Shown: positions 13,904-26,331 of the stretch, in pieces
Layout: each line of letters opens with the position of its first letter
Position numbering within the stretch: the stretch's first letter is position 1
Assembly: GCA_036172245.1 (NCBI GenBank)
Contig: JAYWIR010000006.1
Coordinates: forward strand, 1,426,001 to 1,490,000
Length of the DNA stretch: 64,000 bases
From: Raillietiella orientalis
Taxonomy: Eukaryota
Direction of reading: 5' to 3'
Program-made: the position numbers and the translations under genes
The notes under the pieces: generated by a model
Told to the model about the DNA's origin: nothing
The model's input: only the letters and a program-made list of their open reading frames with translations
The model's database searches: none

Positions 13904-14119
13904 ACGATGAGAGTATTCGAAAGAGATGTTCCCCCTGTCTGTGTGCCCACACACACACACAGACCTTCGCGTACGGGCGGAGGCTGCGCTGTACCTTCCC
14001 TTCCGCCTAACAAGCTTTACACGCACTTTCGTCTAAGGGTGTGTGTGTGATGCGCACACCCTATGCGCTGCTGTAAAAAACACACACACACACACTTCTA
14101 TAAAACCCCGGCCTCGTCA

Positions 14120-14415
14120 AGATGGATGGCTCGAGCGAGATTCATCTCTGTCACCATTGGTAACTATAAATTTTGCATGTGCAGCAAAAATGAGTACGGA
14201 AAAGTAAATTTTTCTTTCATAACTGCATTTCCAAACTGCAATTGACAATTCTTTCGCGACTGATCCTTCCGCCGGATGAATGCAAAGATTAATGAGCGCG
14301 AGTAGCATCGCAATCTCGCATTAATGATTTCGAACTGCTCGAAAGCACACGCATTGGCAGCCATTCCGAGCTGAAAGTGTGAAGAAGGCAATGCACTGAT
14401 GAATCCATCACGAAC
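14120..14415. promoter_or_regulatory. Candidate enhancer / conserved non-coding element
   Basis: AT-rich complex island with two ATTAATGA homeodomain-type sites and CAATTGACAATT. Conservation not tested. Confidence 0.35.
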
Positions 14416-15489
14416 TGACGGCCCGTACGAAGAGAACACCGTACCCGCCTGCCCCCCACCCTCCCCGCTCGAGTGTTCCGCGTCGTCGTCGTGTCGAATG
14501 CGTTTCGCTTTCGACACGACCACCACAGAGGAGAACAACAGGCGCCCTTCCGTGGCAGTGCATTCGGGCACGGGGGGGCAGGGGGGAAGATTTCCTTTTT
14601 TTTTTTTTTTTTTTTTCTTCCCCCCTCCCCTCCCCTCCCCTCCCCTCTTCCCCCGAAGGAAGAAAAAAAGTCGCACGATGTCGACATGAAGGTGCACCGG
14701 GGACACGGACACACACACACGGCGAGTTCCCCCCCGTACTTTCCCACTTCAGCTGTCCATCACGCAAGGAATGAATTTCATGCTCCGACTTTCGTAATGA
14801 AATCCGCTCCGCTGTTGCCATCGCGCCCGCCGCTCGAGGACCTCACCAAACAAAGTTGTAAAGGCCCCCCATGTGCCTTCAGCGAGCACACGGATCACGG
14901 ACCAAACACGAACACACCTCGTCGATTTTTTAAAATTCCGTTGGCTCCTCTCTTTTTGTCAGGTGGCCAGCTTCCTCGGAGCCTTCCCACGCGGTCCCCC
15001 CCCTTCGGAGCGCCGCTTCCGTATAGCGAAACTTCAAATGGAGTATCCCCTCGATTAGGCGCCACCACCACCATCCAGTCAACCTCGTTAAGCGGCATCC
15101 ACTCAGCTGGTTCCAAAATAAAAACGAAGATCTGGCGGCGTGCTTCCTTTGCATCTTTCCATCCCTGTCAGCAGTGGCATTCATCTCGTGATCTCGTGTT
15201 TTCCGAAACTGCTTCGCGATGCTTCCCAGTTTCGATGATGTTTATTTATTTATTTATTTTGCATTCTAGGATTTCCGAGCCGTGCAGGGAGTTGGGGAGC
15301 GGAGCGGGGGGGGGGGGGAGGGGAAGAAAAACTTGGCCGGAAGATTAGCCCATCGGAATTTCCCTCTCCCAGCAGCGGCGGCAGCAGCAGCAGCAGCAGC
15401 AGCTCCTTGCATTACTTCAAGACTCGATAAGATATGTATATATCCGGAAGAATCAGATTACCGAGAGCGTAGCTTTGCGGAAATCCCAT

Positions 15490-15905
15490 TTTTGTCTTCT
15501 TGCTTCGCTTGATAAGCTCGCCATCCTCTGTCAATGGTCTCTGCTCGGAAGAGGCGGCGGTAATTTATTGTATTAGCGTGCCGTTTCTTTTGTCAATTTG
15601 TGCGGCTTGCTGATCAGGAATCAATAATGGTACTGTAAGAAGAGATTGGCAGATATCGATTCGGGGATGGAAGGAACGAAAAGCGTGAAGGGTAAAAACA
15701 AGAGCGATAGCAATCATGACACCTTCATTGATAAAAGAACTGGTGGAGTGCTACGCTGGCAGAATGTTTAATCCAATTGGTCTGTTGCTTACGTGACTCG
15801 TGCAGCATCACGGCACATCTATCCATTAGCTCATAGCCGAATTGTTTACTTTGTTCTTTGAGCATGCCAGCTGCTGTCGAGGGAGCGAAATTCAATTAAC
15901 GCGCT
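15490..15905. promoter_or_regulatory. Candidate enhancer / conserved non-coding element
   Basis: About 400 bp free of simple repeats and lower in GC. Contains TAATTTATTG, TGTCAAT (twice), TAATCC, TGTTTAC (forkhead-like) and CAATTAA. Confidence 0.45.
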
Positions 15906-15932
15906 CTCTGCGTTGGCAGAAACGAACCTTCT

Positions 15933-16003
15933 TTTTTTTTTTTTTTTTTTTTTTTTTTCTCGGGGGAGGGGGGGGGGGGTTGCTGCTGCTGCTGCTGCTG
16001 CTG
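15933..16003. repeat. Compound poly-T / poly-G / (CTG)n simple repeat
   Basis: Directly visible. Confidence 0.9.
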
Positions 16004-16338
16004 AGAGAGCGTAGGGATGTTTCGGTTTCAACCGTGGGGCCCGGAACAAACTGAAAGTTTATTTTCCATTCGGAAATCAAAATAAAAGCGGATTCCGTTA
16101 ACGCGACGGACCGCCGAGGTTCCGCGAGAGCCGGGCGTTCCAAGCGGCGCGCGCCTCATCCGCGCCGGCGTATCCTGGCAACGGTGCTCGGAGAGATGAA
16201 GTTCATTTTCGGGTGCGATTCCGTCGTCGGTTGCTCCTGTCACTTCCCGATCGATTCCTGTAAATAGCGGAGCACATTTTCATCTGTTCCTGCACCCATC
16301 AGCGGAGCACTGCGCTCGCATGTGTGATGCCCCGAAGG

Positions 16339-16420
16339 ATATGTGTGTGTGTGTGTATATATACACACGCGCTCGCGCGCGCGCGCGCACACACACACAC
16401 ACACACATACATGCGTACAT
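16339..16420. repeat. Alternating purine-pyrimidine compound microsatellite (TG/TA/CA/CG)
   Basis: (TG)n(TA)n(CA)n(CG)n(CA)n, directly visible, with one break in the alternation. Confidence 0.9.
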
Positions 16421-17962
16421 TTACGGTTCTTCACGTGATCACATGAAAGACATTCCTAAACAAAAAAAAAGTGACTTTCGCATATCAGTAAATCTTATTC
16501 ATTTTTTAGATGGCTTCTTGTTTTGTTGTTCCCCTTAAGTGACAGGACAGAAACATCCACGTAGGTGAAGAAGAGGAAGGAAGGAAGGAAGGAAAGGAAA
16601 AAAGAGCGCGTAAGACACGTAAGTAGGTCAGCAGGGGTTTTTAGGAAAACGACTTTTCATAGGAAGGCCCGATGAAGCTCGAAGAAATTTTCAGGTTTCG
16701 AGCACTCCGTTGCGAAGAAGGGAATGCGCAAAGGCCATCCGAACGTGGAGAAGAGTTGGTCATTTGGACCCATCGGCACGGGCGAAGCGGTATTGGTACG
16801 GATCCGATGAGTTTAGGCGCGATCCTGTGAATCCCAAGTGGCTGAGCGCTGGCCTGCCGCTCCCTTGCAGGTTGCCGTCGGAAGGGTACGACTTCGAGCG
16901 ACCCCACACACGGCCCGCGTACTCGCTGGGCTCGTGGGCAATTCTCCAAACAGATGGTCAACGCTCCGTCCTGTGCCTCCTCTTCGCCAGAGTCTCGCCT
17001 GCTGTGGCTCCGCTCCGCTTCTTGTCGCGGGAGCTGCGGTGTGCGGCGGGATGGCCACGCAAAGAGTCCTCTTGCGACGCACCTCAAACCGCACGTCCGA
17101 CGAGGCTTTCTTTGCTACGCAGCCGAACCCCAACACAACTCGAGAAACGCGGCTGTCCTCTGTTTCACGTCATAAATCAGAGGACGCAGATCCGCTGCTG
17201 CTTGCAGAATCCACTCAGATCACACGCAAAAACCAGGCACGCATCCTGATGCGTTTAGCTTGCATCCCGAATGGGGGGGGGGGGGGGGAAAACAAAAGGA
17301 AGAAGGAAAAAAACCAATAGGGCTTAAAGGCTGGAATTGAGACCGAGATTTCGATTTCATGGGTTTCCGAGAGGGAACGGGTCCAGCATCTCGATTCTGC
17401 GAAGGATGAGGATCAGGTGTCGCAGGCGGCATGCCCGCAAGCGGTGCGCGTATTCGCTGAAATCGAAGCCCAAACGATCTCACTGAGGCCACCGCTGGAT
17501 GCTCCTTCCCACCCGAAGCTCGGAGGAACATCGGACCCCCTTGGTTTTCTCAGTCTTATGAGCTCGGGCGTCGCGAGCTCCCAGGGATCATAAAAGCTCC
17601 CATGAGCTTTCACCAGTCAAGTACACTTTAAAATATGTGTAAGGAACACTTGTGTCCTATCAACAGTATGTACAATTTATGAGTTGTGAAATTTGCAAGC
17701 TTCGAATCCCTTAATTATGGTCGAAAATGCACTTGATAATCACGGAAAGATTAATCTCTCCGAGATAAGCTGTTGCGATGGCTACGCGCTGATGTACAGA
17801 CTCGAAGAGTCCCAACAAATGTGGACGAGCGAGCAAAACGTGAGCTTCGCGCTTGTGCCTCGAAGTCACTCCGTGGAAGATTATGGAAATTATATCCATC
17901 ACCGGGGGGGGGGGGGAGGGGGGATGGAAAAATAAAAAAAGCCTTGCTCAGTGAATCGGAAG

Positions 17963-17964
<2 letters not shown>

Positions 17965-18003
<39 letters not shown>
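17965..18003. repeat. (TTA)13 microsatellite
   Basis: Directly visible. Confidence 0.95.
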
Positions 18004-18005
<2 letters not shown>

Positions 18006-20277
18006 TTGTAAAGAAACGAATTCTCAGAAGTTGAAGGTTTCCGTTGCTCTTCACTCCTTTGTGATTAAACAATTTCACATGCGATTGCTACAGGAGGGAC
18101 TTTGATTTCTTTTCTTTTTTTGCTTTTATTCTGCCTACCACTCCAAATAAGGAATTTGACATTTACCTCAGAGCAATGCACGTGATCACAGTGTCTGCCT
18201 GCTATCCTTTTTTCTTTTCCTTTACAGTCTCTGTGCCCAGAAAGAGCTCTTGCCGACGTACACTTGGTGACTTTGCCTCCCGTCCGGCGGCTTACCTTCC
18301 CGCGTACGAAAGCAAAACACACACACACACACGACCAATTGGAAGACCTATTTCGAACCGCACTTCCGCCCTTGCTGTTCTTTCAGGGGCCCAAATCAAT
18401 AGTGCTAAAAAATAATTGTCCTGCGGAATCGATCTGTCTTCATCACTCTTCTGCGGAGCGAACAGCACGGTCTTTCCATCTTGCGCCAAGGTTTCCTTTT
18501 AACGACTCCTTCCAAAATTGTAATCAAAAGTGCTCCGTAGATTGGATTCGGAGTCCGAAACTGGAGCGCAGGCGAACCTTTGTGACTTTCCACCGTTTCA
18601 TCTTCCGCCCGGATGTACGCCTGCGAGGGAGCCGCAGACGAGGTCGGGTAAATCCTCCGGGGTCCCCTGGTATGATTTCCGCAGGTACCGCCGAGGTCCT
18701 CCTTCCGCATGCGGTTTGCGCCTGCGTCCGTTGAAGATACGTCACGATGCCCCCCCAACAAGCCGACAGGCGCGTCTGTTTGACTTCGCAGCGGCAACAA
18801 ATTACTGCTCAGAGCAAGTGGTGACACGGTCAAGTCCGTGCACGCACTCGGATGCACCCTTCTGCATTCTTTTCCACGAAAACGAAAACACATTGCTCGA
18901 CTGGGTGATCTTCGCAACGGTGGTCCTTCCCTCCCTGGCGCTGCTTCACAACGCGAGGACGTCGCGGCGAGTCCCTTGGTGGTGGCTCTCCCGATTCCCG
19001 GAACGACGGCGCCGCTTTTCGCACGGGATCGCGCGTTTCCTCAGCATGGAATGATCTCGACCTGCCTCTCTACTTTTTCTTCACATCTATTCCCGCAATC
19101 GCTGCTGTATCTTTGCATCTCCTTCCTCGCGACTCGATTCAATTTCCGCATCCAAGCAAGCCCATCCGTTTTTTCGCAATCCTTCTTGCACGCCTCATCT
19201 GTCAATCACAAATTTGTTATCTCGAAAGACATTCATCCCGCCTTGCGGTTGAGCTGCAGGTATGCAAATTCCTCCTCGCAGCTTCGCACTGCGAGGCTCG
19301 CTGCTAATTTCCACTTCCGCAGGTTGGCCGTCCGCAATTCGCCGCCGCAGTGGCTGGCGTTTCCGTTTGCCGGGTACGTACGTACATCCGGCTCGTACGT
19401 CCAGCAGGTCCCCCCTTGCTTGCTGAAGAAGGGATCCTTCCCGAGGGGGCGACCGAGCGGCCCATTCCAGCAAAGGTGGTGGTGGTGTGTATGTGTGTGT
19501 GTGGGGGGGGGGGGGGGGCGGATTCCCCAAATCGGCCGGTCCCGGGGCAGGGGGAGAACCCGACGGAACCCGAACGAAAATGTGAATCCTCCCGTCTGAA
19601 GTCCCTGCGCGGGCGAGGTAACCAATCCCGTCCTGCATCCCGTGCATCTTTTCGACGACGGATTGACCGCCTCTTGCAGCGATGAAGATTTGACGGGATT
19701 AGCGTTCGGCCACTTTTCATCCTCCTCCTCGCCCTGCGCCGCGTTGGGCGGCGCGCGGCCACATCGCTCGCGCAGCGTTGGCGCCATCACAGCAAAGCCA
19801 CTTCTGGGAGAGCGAGTGACTGTCAGGAGGAGGTCGTCCCCCTTTTCGAATGTGGACGCGGTCGGGGCGGGGATGAGGACACGGACTCCTGCGCGGGCGC
19901 ACTGCAGGGTTCGCCAGCAGCAACAGCACGCACTTTGCCTGAGCGTTCTCAAGAGCTCCGTGCTGCTGCTTCTGAATTCCAGAGCATCCGGGCGCACCGT
20001 TCCGGGATACGGACGTGGGAGCGGTGATCGTGCGCTCCCTACCGGGTTCCCGGAGGAGTGAGGGGGGGAAGAGAAAGAAAAAAAAGTTTGTTTACGTGCT
20101 CTGCTCACACGGGGGCTAGCCTCCACGTCGGGAAACGGGATCGTGATCTGTCGCGCGAGAGGTGTCATTCCCTCGCCGCGTCAGCTCTTACGAAATGATG
20201 ACTGGAATCACTGCGGTCACAACGCGCGCTTTTGAGCCGGGCAGAGCAGCTTTGTCATTACGTCCGAAATGCTAGAA

Positions 20278-20345
20278 ACACACACACACACGTGCGTGCG
20301 TGCGTGCGTGCGTGTGTGTGAGTGCGTGTGTGTGCGCGCGCGCGC
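20278..20345. repeat. (AC)n(CGTG)n(TG)n(CG)n compound microsatellite
   Basis: Directly visible. Confidence 0.9.
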
Positions 20346-20689
20346 TCCGCATACTGAACTTGAAGGACTCTCAATAGGGGATGCTCAGCAAGTTGTTACA
20401 ACAAGGAGGAGTAATTCATTATCGCTCTTGATGATTCTTGAATAAGCAGTTCGATTTCGGGAAGCAGAGGGAACAGGAGTCTGCGTGCGAGCAGTCTCCC
20501 CCCCCCCCTCCCTCCCTCCCTCCCTCCTACCCCCCGTGTTCAATCGATTTCGACGGTCGGCAGAGATCGCTCTGGAGGGAAAATTTCACTCGGCGGAAAT
20601 TTTTCGCCTCAACTATGGAAAGCATGTTGGAAGCGTCATAATTTCCCCCGCCTCGCCCCCTCCTCCCCCTTCTCTCTTTTTGCGTGATT

Positions 20690-20880
20690 TCTTAGTGCAT
20701 CTAATTAAGCAAAAAGGCAAAGTTCTTTCTCACTTATGTTCTTCGGCTGACAAGTAAAATTGCGAAACAAATGTGTGAACTAATGCTTGGTGAGGTAGAA
20801 GCAGTTTTTTGAAGCATTGGACTTCCACCATATGCATAATTGGTTGCCAATTAGGCGAGGTGTCTCGTGGGACTCGGGAA
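20690..20880. promoter_or_regulatory. Candidate enhancer / conserved non-coding element
   Basis: AT-rich complex block with CTAATTAA, ATGCATAATT (POU/homeodomain-like), CCAATTAG and TGACAAG. Confidence 0.35.
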
Positions 20881-21489
20881 AGTGCATCTCTGCAAAAGTC
20901 GAACAAACAAGTGCCGTTGCTGCTCGTCGCCGCTGCAGCCGCCGCTGCGGTTGTTGTTGTTCCCGGCGCGGGGGGGGGGAATTCTTGGGGGGGAATTCTT
21001 GCAGTGGGGTTTCCCTCGCATTCCGCGTGGTGCCGGGGCGCTTCCCGCGCCGCGGAGGAGGCAGCAGCCGCGCGGGGTTACGGCTCCTTGCCCTGCTAAC
21101 TCGATGCATTCAAAACAAGAGATGATGATGATGATGACGCGAGCCGATGCAAACCCGCAAACACGGTGCATTCGCCGCCGATCGCGGGGAGTACGGAGAT
21201 GCTCGCCTCGTAATGGAAAGCCCCGGCCCTGGTGTGCTTCCAAGCACGCAAGGGCCGCACGGCGCGCGCGCCTCCACCTCGCCCGTCTTGCAGAAACGGG
21301 GAAGGGCAAAACAAAACAGGATGAGGGCAAGACGAGGGGTTTCAAACGCGCTGCTGCTGCTCCTGCGTTCGTCCCTTCGCGACGCTCGTCGCTGGCCAGG
21401 GATGCAAGGAAGAGAAAGAGCGGCGGCAGCAGCAGCCTGACAAGGAGATCGCCTTGGTGGCCTCCACACTCTACGAGTGAACTGATGAT

Positions 21490-21860
21490 GCAGCGAAAGC
21501 CCGTGCTTCCCGAGTGGAGCCAAAGAACTCTTATGGCACGGTGTGCACCGTGGAAGTCGGCACGAAACCCTCCGATCTTCGAAACGAGATGGCTGCTTCG
21601 GTGCCAGCAGTAGAGGAAGCGGCTGCTCGAACGGCAGTTCCACCGGTGGCAACGCAAGCTCTGCTCCCTGGCATCTGCTTGCGGGCTGGAGGAACCCCTC
21701 GGTGCCCGGCAGAACGCCGCTTCCCGCGGACAGCCAGAGCTGGAAAACCCTGCTGGGGTGCACGCGGTCTAGAAGACGGTTCCAAGGAGGGCTGGCAGCT
21801 CTCGCCGACTGGAAACCGCCGGAGATGCTCGTCGGATCCGAAGAGCACCCCTCCCCATCC
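21490..21860 (+). mobile_element. Degenerate CR1-type LINE reverse-transcriptase fragment
   Basis: WLLRCQQ*RKRLLERQFHRWQRKLCS resembles CR1 WL..R.QRV.LNGQFS.W..V.S. Downstream, LPADSQSWKTLLG...RRFQGGLAALADW resembles (L)FADDTKL...LQ.DL..L.DW. Motifs are in the correct order but frameshifted. Confidence 0.5.
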
Positions 21861-22149
21861 TCCGTCAACCATCAGAGGCGAGGGAATCGGCGTGAGCGGC
21901 GCGCAGATCCATGCAGCCTCCGCGTTCAGCTCCACCAAAAAATTAGGGTCAAACTTCGGGTCCGAAGATAAAGCACCCGCTCGGTACGGAACGCGTAGCG
22001 AGGCGAATGATCATCATTAAAAGGGAGGCGAAGCCAGCGAACGGCGCTTTCCGGGAGATCGCTGCGGCGGCAGGAAGCCCCCGCGAGATGCATGAGTGAG
22101 GTCTTCGCTCTATCCCTTATCGGTACGGAAATTGAGTACCCATGCCACT

Positions 22150-22510
22150 CGGCTGCTGCCGAAGTGTAACAAAGATCTCGGTTCGACTCCTAATCGAACA
22201 GCTGCTATGCGACTTCAGCATGCCTCCAGTTACCATAACGTATGATTTACGTGGGAATCGCTTGGCTCCCGTTGGAGCGTATGAGTCAGTCTCACGAGAA
22301 CCGCGATCACCGTATCCATCTGCGAGGGGAGCCTCTCTCCGTGTCCCTGGTTTTAATGCTCTGCCTCTCCACTCTTTCCCTCCCTGCCTCACCCTCAATG
22401 TCAAGTAGGATTACTGGCAAATTTTCTGATGAAACGAACTTCATTACGAAGTCATTAATGGTTTCCTGAAGCCGAGCTCGAAGGAGGAACCTCGCTGCCT
22501 GGAGAGCGGT
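22150..22510 (+). mobile_element. Possible second degenerate CR1-type RT fragment
   Basis: LLCDFSMPPVTITYDL (cf. YLDFSKAFDTV.H..L), ITGKFSDETNF (cf. KFADDTKL) and RRNLAAW (cf. Q.DLA.L..W) occur in order across frames. Weak. Confidence 0.3.
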
Positions 22511-22779
22511 GCTCCGTTCCCAGCGGATTTAAGGAGATCATCGGGGGTTGTTTCCATAAAAAGGAAAAACCGTTCCAGATATTCCGGGGGAAAAGAGAGG
22601 GGGAGAGAAAGCGAGATGGGAGATTCTTTCTTTCTTATCGTCATCCGAAGGGTTTTCCGGAAGCAAACGAGAAACAATTTGCGTTGGTACGGGAAGCTCA
22701 ATTAAAAAAAAAAAAAAAGACACGGACGGCTTTGCAAACGAATATCGTACAACGCTCCTTTGGCTCCCTCCTCCTCCTC

Positions 22780-22782
<3 letters not shown>

Positions 22783-22817
<35 letters not shown>
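22783..22817. repeat. (CT)n microsatellite
   Basis: Directly visible. Confidence 0.95.
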
Positions 22818-22819
<2 letters not shown>

Positions 22820-23444
22820 TTTTATGCAGCCTTGCTGGAGGAGCTGAAATTCATGACACGCGTGAACATCAGAATTAGGAGGGGAAAGGTCTCTTCTATC
22901 CTCTCGCTTGCCATCATCGCACAATGGTCGAAAGACGTCGAAGTTCATGATCGGATGCCGTTTCCCGGATCCCCCGCTCGGTTATCCGCGGAGAGTGTTT
23001 CTCGAAAAGTGTCTGCACGGGGAAAAAAGATCTTCGCAGCGACTCGCGTCCGCTGCGAGGGATGGAAGGGGGGAGCACGCAATATCCTTTGTTTTACCAT
23101 TTCCTGCTCCTCACCACCACCACCACGTCCTCCCCCCTTCTCCTGCTCTTCCTCCTCCTCCTGCTCACCAGGGCACGCGCGCCTCGTCGGGATAGGGAGG
23201 AGCACTTCGGGAGCGGAGCCGAAAGGGATCGATCGGAGACGTGGCTGCTGCAGTCGGCGGCGGACCTCGTGGTGCGGTGCGTCGGGATCGAACCGATTCG
23301 GGCGGGGGAGGCGGGGGGGAGAGTCACTCCGATCCGCGAAGACGACAGGAGCGAGAGGAAGGAAGGGGAGGAGGAGAGGAAGGCAAAACGCGCGCTCAAA
23401 AAAAAAAAAAAAAATTCATCCTAAATGAGCTCTCTCTCGAGGCT

Positions 23445-23481
<37 letters not shown>

Positions 23482-24338
23482 GTCCGCAAGCGAGGCCGTA
23501 GCTTTCGAGAGAGCAAGTGACAGAATTTTTCGAAAACGATTCCATTGGTGAGTTACGAAGTCCATATAGGAAAAGGGGTAAGGGGAAAAATATGCTGATG
23601 TTTTTCCTCTGTGTCCTGCAGCGAGGCGAGCGTTACACTTTTAAACAGACCGCAATCAGCGAGCGAGCTTTTGGGGGGGAGGGGGGAGGGAGGGGGCAGA
23701 AAGGGGAGAAGAAAAAAAGGAAAAGAGAGATTGCGTTCGAAAATCTGCGTGAGATGCAATACGAAGAACGAACCAGAGAGAGAACCATTCGCTAATGCCT
23801 TCAGGTGCGCCGGAGTCGAGAGGGATGCTCGGGATGCGGATACGGAGCGCAGCTCCTTGCCAGACGCGATCCAGTTGCAACCACACAAAAATCGAGTGAA
23901 TTCCCGGTCTCACGCGAAACGGAGACCTCAGGATTTAATCATCTCACACTTGCAGGAGTCACGTTAGTCAGAAGATTCTATCCCGGAGTTGTTTACCGTT
24001 TCATTCGAACTTCCCTGCATCCGGATGCCAGCGGTTTCCCCCCTTTCGAACCGCGGCTTTTTTTTTTCTTCCCATTCGTGCACCTCGAGTGTTTGATTAC
24101 CAGGTGGCAAACAAACGGAAGCGATACATTCAGTGTATATAATTTTGATGCTCGGGTATTTTAAAAGGCGATGTGCGAGATCGGAGGCGCGTCCGCCTGA
24201 GACCCGGGGTGCAACCGCCTGCAGTTGTGCAGGCGTTCTCGTCGAGAATTCGCGTTCTCATAAAGCGGAATAGAGCTCTCAGTTTAGGAAGCAATTTGTG
24301 CATCCGAAACCGAGGAGGAGCATGTGCGCGCCTTTCCT

Positions 24339-24369
<31 letters not shown>

Positions 24370-24379
24370 TTCCGCGGAC

Positions 24380-24605
24380 TCTTAAAACGGATTGCGCAAA
24401 ATTAAAAAGATGGGCCCTTCAGCCCGGCCGAATTCAAATAAAAAGCAGCGATCGATATGCATTGATATAAACTCGGATGCACTTACTATTCAGAGACAGT
24501 GCGTGTGGAAAATTCCTCCGTGGAACATTAGCCTGGTAGCTCCAGAGGAATGCCATCATTAATGCTTAATAAGTCGATGGAATAATTACTCGACGAGTAA
24601 TTTCT
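24380..24605. promoter_or_regulatory. Candidate enhancer / conserved non-coding element
   Basis: AT-rich block with CATTAATG, TAATTAC, AGTAAT and ATGCATTGAT. Confidence 0.35.
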
Positions 24606-26299
24606 TTTTCTTTCTTTCTTTTTTTTTCCTTTCCTTTCTTGTTTTCTGTTTGACAGCCTCTCTCGGTTTTCCACAAACTGCTGGGGGTTCCCCCGGCGCG
24701 AACACATTTCTGTCAGCTTGCGCACACAAAATAGGCCTCGTGTAACGGTCGCGCTTACGTCACGCCCCAACAATTAAATTGGATTTTTGAAAACGGAAAA
24801 GAAAAAAAAAAAAGAGAGAGAGAGAGAGAAGAGAAAAGAAGGACGATAAGCGCTGCGCCGCGCGTTTGGTATAACGCCCCGTGGCCGTGGTGCAGCAGCC
24901 ACCCTGCAAGCACTTCTGCACGAGTTCTCCCAGAAAACCTTTTTCAGAGCTGCTGCTTCTGGTGGTGGTGGTGGCGGTGGTGGTAATGGTGGTGGTTCGG
25001 ACGGCCCACCGTGCTCGGAGCGAGCGTTTCGACCGTGGGTCCCGGCCTCCCAAAGACCTCGGGAGAGTCCTCCCCACTCCTTGGTGCTTTGCGATCTGCG
25101 AGAGCTCCCTTCCCCTCCTCTTCGTCCGTCACGTCTGCTCTTCGATCTTCGGAGCAGACCGTGGAATGGATGGGACTTTTTGGGTCTTCACGCGTCGATC
25201 CGCGCGTTCGCGACGTCCATAAATTTTTGTCCTGCCTTCTTCGCAACCCAATCATGCTTGCCGTTTCCGCTAGTGTCATGTATCATCATTAATGTATCAT
25301 CCACCTTAAAGTAAACTGTTGGGTGATAAATATTAATGGCTTCTGATCGGTACAATGTAGAATCGTTGTGTGGACAGTAGAAGAAGAAGACCCGGTGAAA
25401 GAATACAATGGTTTCGCTCTCGAAGAGATCTCGTCGCACACCCGAAGCACCTCATTTTCATTCCCATGCTCGGATTCGAATGGTTTCCACGGAGCATCTT
25501 CCGGAATTATTGTACGAAACGAGGAAGTTCACTCTTGTGAGCAGCAAGCAAACCGCCGGGATGGATGCGATAAAGAGCCAATGCCATTTTTTTTTTTTTG
25601 CTTATTCTCAAAATTTCACGTCTTCCGCGAAATGCTGGGGAATTCCGCCGCCTTTCGGGATCGGCATCCAGGAGCAAGTTCTGATGACGGGACTTCCTCC
25701 GAGGAGAGGCGAAATTAGCACGAAGCAAGAAAGTGCAAATCGAAGTACCCGGAATGGGAAATGACTGCCAAAGGAAGGTTCTGGAAAGACGGCTCGGTGC
25801 ATTCGACTTCTAATACAATGAGTCCAAGAAGAAGAAGAAGAAGAAGAAGTGACATCTGCAGCATCATCGCTGTAGCAGCTGGAATTCGGTGATGATGTAA
25901 AAACCAAGCGGTAGAGGAAGTTTCGGAAAGAGCGGAAAGTTCGCGTACACTTTTGCAAAAAGTTTGCCCGTGGGAGAGAAGCGCGCAGTTTCCCGGATTT
26001 CGGGGCCGAGGAACAGGAACGGTTTCCCCGACGCAGGTTTCTGGTGTCCGCTCCCAGGAAGAGCAGCATTTTACTTTTGCTGACCATCCGGAGTTCGCAT
26101 CTTCCTGGTTCAACCTCTGACCCCGTCTGAACGAGTCCGAACACGCACGTTCCTCGCCCTCACCTTGCCTTCGCCCATAATGTGCTTTAAAGTGAGCTGC
26201 TTCGTCTCTAAGGAGACAGCAAATACCGATCTCGAGTACTTCCCCCCCCCCTTCTCCTCCTCCTCTACATCATCTCCACATTATACATGCACAAATTTT

Positions 26300-26331
<32 letters not shown>

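Noticed and set aside
20791..20810. TGAGGTAG, the let-7 5' seed
   Set aside because: Only 8 nt match, the rest diverges from let-7 and there is no precursor hairpin.
22160..22170. GGTTCGACTCC Pol III B-box (tRNA or SINE head)
   Set aside because: No convincing A-box or cloverleaf, and it overlaps a possible RT relic.
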